Shown here: in pieces, positions 8,704-17,077 of the stretch | Layout of the letters: every line of letters starts with the position of its first letter | Numbering within the stretch: position 1 is the first letter of the stretch | Source of the DNA: an uncultured virus (IMG/VR IMGVR_UViG_2860815047_000004) | Taxonomy: Duplodnaviria; Heunggongvirae; Uroviricota; Caudoviricetes | Length of the DNA: 20,000 nucleotides | Strand: one strand, 5' to 3' | Virus record (IMG/VR): IMGVR_UViG_2860815047_000004 | The notes under the pieces: generated by a model | What the model was told of the DNA's origin: nothing | Database searches by the model: none | Seen by the model: only the letters and a program-made list of their open reading frames with translations | Position numbers and translations under genes: made by a program

Positions 8704-9543
8704 ATGAGTCAATTTGATAAGCAGTACAACACAATCATAAATGACATAATTAATAATGGAGTATCTGACGAAGAATTCGATGTGAGAACCAAGTGGGATA
8801 CAGATGGAACACCAGCACATACACTAAGTGTAATCAGTAAACAAATGCGGTTTGATAATTCCGAAATACCAATTTTAACGACTAAAAAAGTCGCCTGGAA
8901 AACGGCAATCAAGGAACTGCTTTGGATATGGCAATGTAAATCAAATGATGTTAACGAATTAAACAAGATGGGCGTACATATTTGGGATCAGTGGAAACAA
9001 GAAGATGGTACAATCGGCAAAGCATATGGCTACCAGCTTGGCAAAAAGAACAGAATGCTAAACGGTGAGAAAGTTGACCAGGTTGATTATCTTCTTCATC
9101 AGTTGAAAAATAATCCATCATCACGCAGACATATTACAACGCTTTGGAATCCTAATGAATTAGACTCGATGGCATTGACGCCCTGTGTTTATGGCACTCA
9201 ATGGCTTGTAAAAGGCGGGAAGTTGCATTTAGAAGTTTTCTGTCGCAGTAATGATCTCGCACTCGGGAATCCGTTTAATGTGTTCCAGTACAATGTATTG
9301 CAGCGTATGATTGCTCAAGTTACTGGATATGAGCTAGGTGAGTATATCTTCAATATTGGAGACTGTCACGTGTACACTCGTCATATAGACAATTTAAAAA
9401 TTCAAATGGACAGAGAGCAATATGAAGCACCTGAACTATGGATCAATCCAAACGTAAAAGACTTTTATGATTTCACAATTGATGATTTCAAATTGATTAA
9501 TTATAAACATGGAGACAAGCTTTACTTTGAGGTAGCAGTATAA
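8704..9543 (+). CDS. thyA: Thymidylate synthase (ThyP3/B. subtilis ThyA type)
   Basis: PILTTKKV, ELLWIW, PSSRR, MALTPC, RSNDLALGNPFN and GDCHVY. GAAAGGAAGG before ATG at 8704. Confidence 0.96.
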   Translation: MSQFDKQYNTIINDIINNGVSDEEFDVRTKWDTDGTPAHTLSVISKQMRFDNSEIPILTTKKVAWKTAIKELLWIWQCKSNDVNELNKMGVHIWDQWKQEDGTIGKAYGYQLGKKNRMLNGEKVDQVDYLLHQLKNNPSSRRHITTLWNPNELDSMALTPCVYGTQWLVKGGKLHLEVFCRSNDLALGNPFNVFQYNVLQRMIAQVTGYELGEYIFNIGDCHVYTRHIDNLKIQMDREQYEAPELWINPNVKDFYDFTIDDFKLINYKHGDKLYFEVAV

Positions 9544-10049
9544 TGCTATCTCTTATTGCTTGCTGCGATAAATCAATGGCCATTGGATATGAAAATAATT
9601 TGCTTTACCATATTCCTGAAGACATGAAACGTTTTAAAGAACTCACTTCAGGAAAGCTGTGTATACAGGGAAGGCTTACATATGAATCGATCGTACACAT
9701 TACAGGTAAACCACTTCAGAACCGAAGGAATATCATATTAACCAAAAACAAGGATTTCAAGCCTGATCACTCTTCGTTCGTTTATCATTCAATTGACGGT
9801 GTGTTGAAGCTTATACGAGGACAATTGGATAAAGATGAAGAAGTAATGGTCATTGGAGGAGGCGTTATTTACGAGGCATTCTTACCACATGCTGATAAGG
9901 TTTATTTGACGATTGTTGATTCAGTTGCTGAGAAGGCAGATTCATATTTTCCAAGGTTAAATGACGATTGGAGAGTAATTGAAAAGGATCATAGAAAAGC
10001 AGAAAACAATACCACATTTAATTATTCATTTGTGACTTACTCAAAATAA
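9543..10049 (+). CDS. dfrA: Dihydrofolate reductase
   Basis: IGYENNL...PEDMKRFKELT, GRLTYESI, KPLQNRRNIILT, VIGGG and ADSYFP; TAATG coupling to thyA. Confidence 0.95.
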   Translation: MLSLIACCDKSMAIGYENNLLYHIPEDMKRFKELTSGKLCIQGRLTYESIVHITGKPLQNRRNIILTKNKDFKPDHSSFVYHSIDGVLKLIRGQLDKDEEVMVIGGGVIYEAFLPHADKVYLTIVDSVAEKADSYFPRLNDDWRVIEKDHRKAENNTTFNYSFVTYSK

Positions 10050-10103
10050 ATTAAGAATAAAAATAAAATAGTTATAGACTTTTGGGAAGTTGAATGATAA
10101 GAT

Positions 10104-10132
10104 AAAGACAAGTTAAAAGCTTGTCTTTTTTT
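10104..10132 (+). terminator. Rho-independent terminator after dfrA
   Basis: AAAGACAAG-ttaaaag-CTTGTCTTT followed by a T run. Confidence 0.8.
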
Positions 10133-10177
10133 ACATACTTTTAGAATAAAAATAAAATAATAAATAGGAGTGACGTT

Positions 10178-10543
10178 GTGAGAACTGCAAAAGATTATCT
10201 TGTTTCCATTTCCAAACCTCTTGTTGCAATTGAGGAGACTAAACAACGACTTCAAAATGAAATTGATAACCTTTATAAAGAGCTGGGGAAAGTTGATAAA
10301 GAGCTCAATGAATTTTATCACAAGTTAGAAGAGGAAAAATTTAATGCTTCAGAGGGATATCATCTTTCATTAAAAGGTCAAAAGATATTGAGAAAGCGAA
10401 GAAGTTTAAAACAAGAGCTCCAATTATTGAACACTCTTTTTGGGAGTTTAAACAATAACGGATGGACTCTTGAATCACTAAAAATTGCAGAATATAAAAT
10501 TAGCAAAAAGAAAAACAAGCATTTACAGTATGAATCGGTTTAA
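10178..10543 (+). CDS. Hypothetical coiled-coil phage protein
   Basis: AGGAG RBS, GTG start, 121 aa. Confidence 0.75.
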   Translation: MRTAKDYLVSISKPLVAIEETKQRLQNEIDNLYKELGKVDKELNEFYHKLEEEKFNASEGYHLSLKGQKILRKRRSLKQELQLLNTLFGSLNNNGWTLESLKIAEYKISKKKNKHLQYESV

Positions 10544-10602
10544 AAACATAATCCACATTCACATTGTGAATACATATTTAATCCTTATAAGGAGGTGATT
10601 AG

Positions 10603-10959
10603 TTGAAACAAAAAGAGCAAGAATTGTTGTCAAAGAAAGAACAGCTTGAAGTTGATGTTTTAGAAAAGGAAGCAACTTTACTCCGGCTAGAAGTGGAACA
10701 AGAAGATTTCAATCTCCACAAAATTGGGGAGATCGGAGTACTTAAAGATTTTCTCTTATACATAAAGAAATACAGAGCAATGTTTACTGTGCAGCAAGCA
10801 GAAGAATTTAGAGATATGGATGACCGAATGAAAGAAATTATCAAAGTTCATGATGAACGAGTTATGGTTGATGAAGCAGCTTTAGAGGGGTTTATTGAGG
10901 AAATTGAGGATCAAATTAATTTAATTGTAAGTGGAGGAGATAGGGAATGGAAAGCGTAA
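10603..10959 (+). CDS. Hypothetical protein (YosX-like)
   Basis: AAGGAGGTGA RBS and TTG start; recalled similarity to SPbeta YosX. Confidence 0.75.
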   Translation: MKQKEQELLSKKEQLEVDVLEKEATLLRLEVEQEDFNLHKIGEIGVLKDFLLYIKKYRAMFTVQQAEEFRDMDDRMKEIIKVHDERVMVDEAALEGFIEEIEDQINLIVSGGDREWKA

Positions 10960-11654
10960 ATAAAACGGCTATTGATAGTGCGAGCACAGTATTCGAAAAG
11001 GTAGGCGAGGATTATATCGGAAGCAAGTCGAGGTTCGGCGATATTCTAATCGGGGCACCATATTCGGAAGCATTCGTAAAAGCCTACGCAAACGAACGAA
11101 AAGATGTCCTCGTGATTCCGCAGACAATTGAATATACTGCGTTTCTCCACAACGAGGAAATGAAGAAAGTCGCTACACACGGTCAGGCTCCGATTGTAAG
11201 CGCCCAAGCCCGCCGTGATGAAATCGTTGAGCAGGCGAAGGCGGACGTTGAGCGACTTAAGGAGAATAACAGACGTTGGAGAGCGTTCAACATTTCGTTA
11301 AAGATTAACCGAAATGGGCGATCCGTTGAGGCTGTCGCAAAGAAGCCGAATAGTAGAACGGCGTTTTATGGAATCGCCAAAGCCGTCCCGTCCGACTGTT
11401 TCAACGTTCATATCGGAAAGGCGATTGCGTTAAGACGTGCGTTGGGATTGAAGGTGCCAGACGAATACTTAAACGCTCCGCAGCCGACTGAGGTTCGTGT
11501 AGGCGATGTTGTTAGGTCGACCGTAGATAAATCAAAAAAGTACGTAATAGCGAAAGGCGAGGAAGCATGGAGCGATGGCATGGCAGGCCTCTCGTCGATT
11601 GTCGCTAAACATGGAAGAATCATCGACGACTCACGCGAAGAGGTGGGCGAATGA
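10947..11654 (+). CDS. Hypothetical Bacillus phage protein
   Basis: GGAGG RBS; contains CFNVHIGKAIALRRALG...PQPTEVRVGDVV; lies in a GC-richer patch. Confidence 0.8.
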   Translation: MESVNKTAIDSASTVFEKVGEDYIGSKSRFGDILIGAPYSEAFVKAYANERKDVLVIPQTIEYTAFLHNEEMKKVATHGQAPIVSAQARRDEIVEQAKADVERLKENNRRWRAFNISLKINRNGRSVEAVAKKPNSRTAFYGIAKAVPSDCFNVHIGKAIALRRALGLKVPDEYLNAPQPTEVRVGDVVRSTVDKSKKYVIAKGEEAWSDGMAGLSSIVAKHGRIIDDSREEVGE

Positions 11655-11863
11655 AGACGGTAAATGTTACGTATTTCAGGCCGAGCGGAAAGTTTTACAC
11701 AGACGAAACGATCGAAATTTCCGAGGAGCTTAACGGATATCATGCGTTGCGTAAGGAGATACCGAAGCATCATCGTATACAGGGTATGCGAATGCTCGTG
11801 CAGGATAGCGGAGACGGAAAAGAGCCCTACATTGTCCCGCATCTATACGATTCGATCTATTAA
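11651..11863 (+). CDS. Hypothetical protein
   Basis: GAGGTG RBS and ATGA overlap with the previous gene. Confidence 0.75.
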   Translation: MKTVNVTYFRPSGKFYTDETIEISEELNGYHALRKEIPKHHRIQGMRMLVQDSGDGKEPYIVPHLYDSIY

Positions 11864-11880
11864 CGAAAGGAGGCGCGTGA

Positions 11881-12060
11881 GTGACGTATCATAAACGCTT
11901 GAAAACAACGGTGTTTAAAAAGTATAGCGGGTACGATTGGACTTGCGATGGAATGTTTGAAAAACCAAGAGTGAAAGGCAGCGATAAAAGAAAGCGATCG
12001 AAACATGAGCGAATAATCCGAAAAGTGATGGATAAAAAAGAAATTAGTTATTACAACTAA
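11881..12060 (+). CDS. Small basic hypothetical protein, 59 aa (not in ORF track)
   Basis: AAAGGAGG ending at 11873, GTG at 11881; MTYHKRLKTTVFKKYSGYDW...KKEISYYN*. Confidence 0.7.
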   Translation: MTYHKRLKTTVFKKYSGYDWTCDGMFEKPRVKGSDKRKRSKHERIIRKVMDKKEISYYN

Positions 12061-12099
12061 GTTAATATGAAATCTGTATTTTAAAGAGAAGGTGATACA

Positions 12100-12222
12100 G
12101 TGAAAGAGTCGTTGAAGAATGATTTTCAAGAGTTTATGAGTATTACAAAAAGCTTTCTTGCTGTTTCAGGAGCAGTCTTTTGGCTATTGATAATTTCACT
12201 TGTTTTTGCTGGAGGATATTAA
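12100..12222 (+). CDS. 40-aa single-pass membrane peptide (not in ORF track)
   Basis: AAGGTGA RBS and GTG; MKESLKNDFQEFMSITKSFLAVSGAVFWLLIISLVFAGGY*. Confidence 0.55.
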   Translation: MKESLKNDFQEFMSITKSFLAVSGAVFWLLIISLVFAGGY

Positions 12223-12304
12223 AATGAGTCACTCATATGTTCACCAAAGGAGGTGAATAAAATGCCAGTAGTACTTTATGGATTTGGAAGAGGAGCATAA
12301 AAAG

Positions 12305-12323
12305 AGAGGGGACAGACCCCTCT
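12305..12323. terminator. Hairpin terminator downstream of the sspC remnant (probably bidirectional)
   Basis: AGAGGGG-acaga-CCCCTCT with an A run on the left, read as U on the minus strand. Confidence 0.65.
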
Positions 12324-12326
12324 TGA

Positions 12327-12383
12327 TTAATGAAATTGGCCATTCATACTTTGTTGGGCTAGGCGAACTAAACGCTTTGTAAT
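12327..12383 (-). pseudogene. sspC: 3' remnant of alpha/beta-type small acid-soluble spore protein gene
   Basis: Minus strand reads ITKRLVRLAQQSMNGQFH*, matching the recalled SspC C-terminus (ITKRLVRLAQQNMGGQFH). The upstream part is absent. Confidence 0.88.
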
Positions 12384-12403
12384 CATGAACAATAAACAAA
12401 GGA

Positions 12404-13348
12404 GTGAAATGTATAGGCATTATTAAAGAACAAAAGGTTGAGGTCAGCTGGAATCCTATGACATCGAGACACTATCAAACACTAGGATATGAATTTACCT
12501 TTTGGAGGGATAAATTTCATGTGCCATATTATCATTTACCACTTACTTCTGAAAAAATGGTTTTAGTTTCTTGTGACAAAGAGAAATGCACAAATGTTAA
12601 GTCAGTTAAATATAATGAATTTAACCGGTTGTACAAAAATAAAAAATATGAATGTAAAAAACATAGCCATTCTTATTATGAGGATAAAGCGAGGGAAAGA
12701 GGGTTTATTTTAACATCAGAATACAAAGGTGTAAAAGGTAAAGTTGATTTGATCTGTTTAAAGAATGGTCATAAATCAACAAAATTGTGGTCTCAAATTA
12801 ATAATGGATCTAAATGTTTAAAATGTCATCAGGAAAGCCTGAAATTGAGCATTGATTATATTAAAGAAGAATTCTTAAAGAAAAACTTATTGCTTTTATC
12901 AAATGAATACGCCAACGAAAAGAGCAAGTTAGCTTTTAAATGTAAGAATGGACACTATGGAGAAATTGCGTGGAACTATTTTCAACAAGGAGGGGGATGC
13001 CAGCAGTGCTATAGGAAGAGTCGTTTTAGAGAAGGTAATCCGAGGTGGAATAAGAATAAAACTGATACTCAGAGGATAAATGACAGAAAGTATCGTGAAT
13101 ATTTACAGTGGAGAAAGAAAGTTCTACAGAGGGATGATTACACATGTCAAAAATGCTGGCTTAAAAAGAAAAAATATTTAACTGCTCACCATATCTATAA
13201 TTATATGGAGCATAAAGATATTCGACTAGAAGTTGATAACGGGTTGACCTTGTGTGATTCTTGCCATGAACATTTTCATAATACATATGGATACACTAAC
13301 AACAATTATATGCAACTGTTTATGTACTTAAACAAAGAAGGGGGATAA
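12404..13348 (+). CDS. Free-standing HNH endonuclease with tandem zinc-ribbon repeats (possible ATA start at 12413)
   Basis: C-terminal RDDYTCQKC...AHHI...[14 protein letters not shown]; repeated C..GH...CxxC units. Confidence 0.9.
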   Translation: MKCIGIIKEQKVEVSWNPMTSRHYQTLGYEFTFWRDKFHVPYYHLPLTSEKMVLVSCDKEKCTNVKSVKYNEFNRLYKNKKYECKKHSHSYYEDKARERGFILTSEYKGVKGKVDLICLKNGHKSTKLWSQINNGSKCLKCHQESLKLSIDYIKEEFLKKNLLLLSNEYANEKSKLAFKCKNGHYGEIAWNYFQQGGGCQQCYRKSRFREGNPRWNKNKTDTQRINDRKYREYLQWRKKVLQRDDYTCQKCWLKKKKYLTAHHIYNYMEHKDIRLEVDNGLTLCDSCHEHFHNTYGYTNNNYMQLFMYLNKEGG

Positions 13349-13349
13349 T

Positions 13350-14177
13350 ATGAAAATCGATTATGTTTCAGATCTTCATATTAATCACTGGATACCTTGG
13401 AACAATAACCAAATCAAATGGGAAAAGCGAACAAGGGAGATTATTAGAAGGTTAATATCGAATGGAAATGGTGAGGTATTAATAATTGCCGGTGATTTTA
13501 CTGAGTGGAATCAACAGACACTGTGGGTACTTGATGAAGTAGCAAAGCAGTATGAAAAGGTTTACTTCACATATGGTAATCATGATCTTTATTTACTCAG
13601 TAAAAATCAGCAACGAAAATATTCCGATTCATTGGGAAGAGTGAAAGATTTAATTCAGAAGGCAGCAGACATCAATAATGTCACTCCATTAATAAAGTCT
13701 ACGGATACATACAAAGGAAAAGTCTTTGCTGGAGATGTCATGTGGTATCTTCCAAAAGGAAATGAAGGATGGGATTTCTTCAAAGGTGTCTCTAATGATT
13801 CAAACTATATCAGTCTTAATGGATACAGCAAAGAAGATGGAGTACGAGCAATGTGGAAAGAATCAATGGGATGGTATGACACTCTTGAAAATGCACAAGT
13901 TGATGTATTTGTCTCACATGTTCCACCTGTTCACAATCCTTATTCTCCATTTGAGCCTAATACATGCTACATGGTTGATGTCCCGTTCATTAACGCAAAA
14001 CATTGGGTTTGTGGCCATGATCATTTACAAGCTGAGTTTGACAAAGATGGAACGAGCTTTCACATGAACTGTATTGGATATCCGTATGACTATGATAATT
14101 ATCCGAGTGTCAATGTGATACCTGGTGAAGAAGTAGATTCATATAAAACGTTTGAGCTTAAGACATTTGAGATTTAG
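13350..14177 (+). CDS. yotB: Calcineurin-like metallophosphoesterase
   Basis: SDLH, AGD, GNHD, SH and GHDH motifs; SPbeta synteny. Confidence 0.9.
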   Translation: MKIDYVSDLHINHWIPWNNNQIKWEKRTREIIRRLISNGNGEVLIIAGDFTEWNQQTLWVLDEVAKQYEKVYFTYGNHDLYLLSKNQQRKYSDSLGRVKDLIQKAADINNVTPLIKSTDTYKGKVFAGDVMWYLPKGNEGWDFFKGVSNDSNYISLNGYSKEDGVRAMWKESMGWYDTLENAQVDVFVSHVPPVHNPYSPFEPNTCYMVDVPFINAKHWVCGHDHLQAEFDKDGTSFHMNCIGYPYDYDNYPSVNVIPGEEVDSYKTFELKTFEI

Positions 14178-14221
14178 ATTCAGTTAAAATTCTAATTTTA
14201 TTTAAAAGGGGGAGTGATAAT

Positions 14222-14383
14222 ATGTTTAATGTTTCAAAAGCAATTAAGGAAATGTCAAAAGAAAGTGCTACCGTTGTAGATAACAGCATATTAAATGAAG
14301 TTGGTGAGATTCTTAATGGCTTAAATGTTGATTTCACAACAGCAAAAATAGATAGAAAAACAACGAAACTACGCTTAGATTGA
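14222..14383 (+). CDS. Hypothetical protein, 53 aa (not in ORF track)
   Basis: GGGGAGTGA RBS and ATG; MFNVSKAIKEMSKESATVV...KLRLD*. Confidence 0.7.
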   Translation: MFNVSKAIKEMSKESATVVDNSILNEVGEILNGLNVDFTTAKIDRKTTKLRLD

Positions 14384-14432
14384 TAAAATATTGGTTTAAT
14401 CTCTAAAGTGCTTGAAAAGGGGAGTTATGGTT

Positions 14433-14792
14433 TTGAATAAGAGAATAAAGAAGAAGATTCGAAATAGAGTTGAATCATGGATTATTTATAAAAATCCTAA
14501 TGGGTCATATAATTCATTGGGTGTAAACAAATTTGGAGAAGTACCCTCCCATGCACGCCCTTTGCATCCTGAATATGAAACACTAGGAGAGGTCTTAAAT
14601 TCATTCCCTAAAGGATTTTGCTTTCCTTTGGTTGAGTTGACAAAAGAAGAAGAAAACATGTTGTTCTTTGATCATTACCCTATAGAGTGCGGCGGCTGGC
14701 ATACAGGAGATAGAGATACGTGGGGAATTTGGGGACAGAGATATTTATTGAAAAAGGTATCGGATGGGTGTTGCGAATACGTCTCAAAATAA
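14433..14792 (+). CDS. Hypothetical protein
   Basis: GGGGAG at 14419-14424 and TTG at 14433. Confidence 0.7.
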   Translation: MNKRIKKKIRNRVESWIIYKNPNGSYNSLGVNKFGEVPSHARPLHPEYETLGEVLNSFPKGFCFPLVELTKEEENMLFFDHYPIECGGWHTGDRDTWGIWGQRYLLKKVSDGCCEYVSK

Positions 14793-14832
14793 AATATTTA
14801 TTTTCTATTTTATCCAGAGAGGGGAAATGATA

Positions 14833-15072
14833 ATGGATTACACAAAACTGTTAGAAGAAAAGTACCCAATTAGCATTATTCAGTATGTAAGACAGAGAGA
14901 GGGTTTAGATAAGAAAGACGGCGCCATGGATAAAGAAATTTTAGAAATGACGAACTCAGAAGTGTTTAGAGATGTCCTAGCTTGGAATGGCCTTCTTGGA
15001 GGATGGGATTATACAATTAAAGATTGGATTGAGAGCATTTATGGAATCGATCTTGATGACCTTGAAAATTGA
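14833..15072 (+). CDS. Hypothetical acidic protein
   Basis: GAGGGG RBS and ATG at 14833. Confidence 0.75.
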   Translation: MDYTKLLEEKYPISIIQYVRQREGLDKKDGAMDKEILEMTNSEVFRDVLAWNGLLGGWDYTIKDWIESIYGIDLDDLEN

Positions 15073-15119
15073 AAGTCAAATAAAAGGTTGATTTTTTACA
15101 GAAACGTGGTGATGACTTA

Positions 15120-15332
15120 ATGAGTTCATTTGAAGAATTGGCTAGAGAAAATGAAAAAATCGCCAGAAGGAAAGCAAAACGTATTCAAAGAGCTAGAGAA
15201 TACACTTATCATATCGAGCTCTCCTTTTCAAAAGCAGATCCGGTATTAAAATCTTATCTTACTCAGTCTTTTGACCAACTAAGAAAAATTTTAAAGAATG
15301 ATGATAAAGAAGATAATAAATATAATATTTGA
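15120..15332 (+). CDS. Hypothetical protein
   Basis: GGTGA RBS, 70 aa. Confidence 0.6.
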   Translation: MSSFEELARENEKIARRKAKRIQRAREYTYHIELSFSKADPVLKSYLTQSFDQLRKILKNDDKEDNKYNI

Positions 15333-15351
15333 ATGAAAAGGAGATGGCTAC

Positions 15352-15597
15352 ATGGGCAATAAAAAGAGAGGGGTAATTCACTTATACAAATTTGATTTTG
15401 AAGATGGAAAATATGCTCTAAATATAGGCTGTGATGGGTCTGCCAACTTAGACACAAAGGCATTTAGAATAATGTTAAATCAATGCGTAGGTCATCCAAA
15501 TATGACGCTGTTTGATGAGAAGTCAATAAGGGATGAGAGGTATGAAAAAGCCAGAAGAATGCTTTTAGATGCAGGGTACACAATAGAAGAAAAATAG
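15352..15597 (+). CDS. Hypothetical protein
   Basis: AAGGGAG RBS; an alternative internal start is possible. Confidence 0.65.
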   Translation: MGNKKRGVIHLYKFDFEDGKYALNIGCDGSANLDTKAFRIMLNQCVGHPNMTLFDEKSIRDERYEKARRMLLDAGYTIEEK

Positions 15598-15640
15598 ACA
15601 AATCGTTTCTAATTTTATACGGAAGAGAGGGGTTGCTACT

Positions 15641-15817
15641 ATGATTGGGAAAGCATTATACAATAATTTGTGGTTTGAAGTTGCAATTATCAACTTTGAC
15701 ACAGGGCATATCATAATTAAAAATGACAGTGAAAACTCGTTAGGTTTGAGAATAGGTGAAACACAGACACTTGACCTTGATTACGTTGATGATGTAAAAA
15801 TTGGACTTCTGCTGTGA
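15641..15817 (+). CDS. Hypothetical protein, 58 aa (not in ORF track)
   Basis: GAGGGG RBS and ATG; MIGKALYNNLWFEVAIINF...VKIGLLL*. Confidence 0.7.
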   Translation: MIGKALYNNLWFEVAIINFDTGHIIIKNDSENSLGLRIGETQTLDLDYVDDVKIGLLL

Positions 15818-15847
15818 ATGTATAAAATGTTGAAAGGTGGAAACAGG

Positions 15848-16018
15848 TTGATTGTTACAGCATGGATATTGTTCGTTGCATTTGGGCTTGTGTTGTTAGC
15901 AAGAATGGATTCCCAAGGGGATATTAAATTTGCAGTATATATTGGTGTAATTAAATTTATTTCAGTGTTTATTGTTGCAATTGCAGCAGGAGTGATTTGG
16001 GGAGGATTATTTCAATGA
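15848..16018 (+). CDS. Small two-helix membrane protein (YotH-like)
   Basis: AAAGGTGG RBS, TTG at 15848, two hydrophobic segments. Confidence 0.7.
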   Translation: MIVTAWILFVAFGLVLLARMDSQGDIKFAVYIGVIKFISVFIVAIAAGVIWGGLFQ

Positions 16019-16191
16019 GCGATATCACCGATATTGAAAATAAATATGTAAAGCTAAAGCATGTCAAAGAACTATTGGGTTTAATAAAGACCAGAGACAG
16101 TTATTATGATTGGTCGGATAGCTATGAAAAATATGATAACAAAGTAAAGAACACTGTTGAGTGGTTGGAGCGAAATGCTAAAACAATATAA
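16015..16191 (+). CDS. Hypothetical protein
   Basis: GGAGG at 16001 and ATGA overlap. Confidence 0.7.
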   Translation: MSDITDIENKYVKLKHVKELLGLIKTRDSYYDWSDSYEKYDNKVKNTVEWLERNAKTI

Positions 16192-16220
16192 CAAAAACAT
16201 TGGTTAGAAAGGAGAAAAAC

Positions 16221-16442
16221 ATGTGGATTGTCATTGTCGTAGCTCATTATTATCCAAGCGTATTTCATTTTGACAATGAGGAGGAGGCTCGAAAGTGCTA
16301 TGAAAAAAACAAGGAAGAATTATATACTGGACACGCAATACATTTTGCCGAAGTTAAAGCAAGTAAATATTACAAAGAACAAGGTAAATTTGGCTTAGAT
16401 AAAGCAGAAACACTGGATGTGAGATGGTATTCAGATAGATAA
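16221..16442 (+). CDS. Hypothetical protein (YotJ-like)
   Basis: AAAGGAG RBS and ATG at 16221. Confidence 0.7.
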   Translation: MWIVIVVAHYYPSVFHFDNEEEARKCYEKNKEELYTGHAIHFAEVKASKYYKEQGKFGLDKAETLDVRWYSDR

Positions 16443-16562
16443 AGAATCTTTGTATACGAGATGATTTTATCTAAGTGTAGCAAGATCAGGATAACGAGTA
16501 GACTAAATAAAATCGGTCATTTATTTAGAGTGAAAATAAAATAAGTGCATTGGAGGTGGAGG

Positions 16563-16751
16563 ATAATAACTGAGCACTATAAGAACATTCAAATACTGTT
16601 CAACAAAATGGAAAGGCAAATGAGCACGGTTAAAGAAGCTCTCGAGTACAAAGATTACGAAAGAGCCCACCGTAACCTGATTAACCTTTCAGATAATAAT
16701 GAAGAATTGATGCAGGAAATTAGATGGGCTCGGAAAGGGATTAAGATTTAA
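16563..16751 (+). CDS. Hypothetical helical protein (YotK-like); probable ATA start
   Basis: GGAGGT at 16552-16557 followed by in-frame ATA ATA at 16563 and 16566. Confidence 0.6.
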   Translation: MITEHYKNIQILFNKMERQMSTVKEALEYKDYERAHRNLINLSDNNEELMQEIRWARKGIKI

Positions 16752-16980
16752 CTTTTCTTCTTTCTTCGTGGTTCCATTCGTACAGCTCTTCAATTGAGCA
16801 GCCAATGGCATCAGCAAAAGTCATGCCTGTAGCCAAGTTCATGTTTGCTTTAGCTCCACTTATATAATCGTGGATACGTTGTCTGGGGTATCCTGTACGT
16901 TTGAAAAGGTCATCAACTGTGAGGTCATATTCAAACATTAATTCATTTAAACGAGGGCGCAGGGGCGTCCATTGCTTCAT
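16741..16980 (-). CDS. XRE-family helix-turn-helix regulator (YotL-like)
   Basis: RLNELM...LTVDDLFKRTGYPRQRIHDY...FADAIGCSIEELYE, a Cro/C1 pattern. Confidence 0.88.
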   Translation of the reverse strand: MKQWTPLRPRLNELMFEYDLTVDDLFKRTGYPRQRIHDYISGAKANMNLATGMTFADAIGCSIEELYEWNHEERRKVKS

Positions 16981-17077
16981 TTCGAACACTTCTTTCAATA
17001 TTAATTAACATAAAACAGTGTAGCAAAGGTTTATTTTAATTTCAATTTTGGTTTCAATATTTTAGGAGAGTGATTGA

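Noticed and set aside
12327..12386. A new 19-aa minigene MITKRLVRLAQQSMNGQFH from the ATG at the sspC break
   Set aside because: No Shine-Dalgarno upstream on the minus strand; treated as a remnant.
14178..16530. CRISPR array interpretation of the recurring palindromes
   Set aside because: Repeats are short and degenerate, spacing is irregular and gene-sized, and there are no cas genes.
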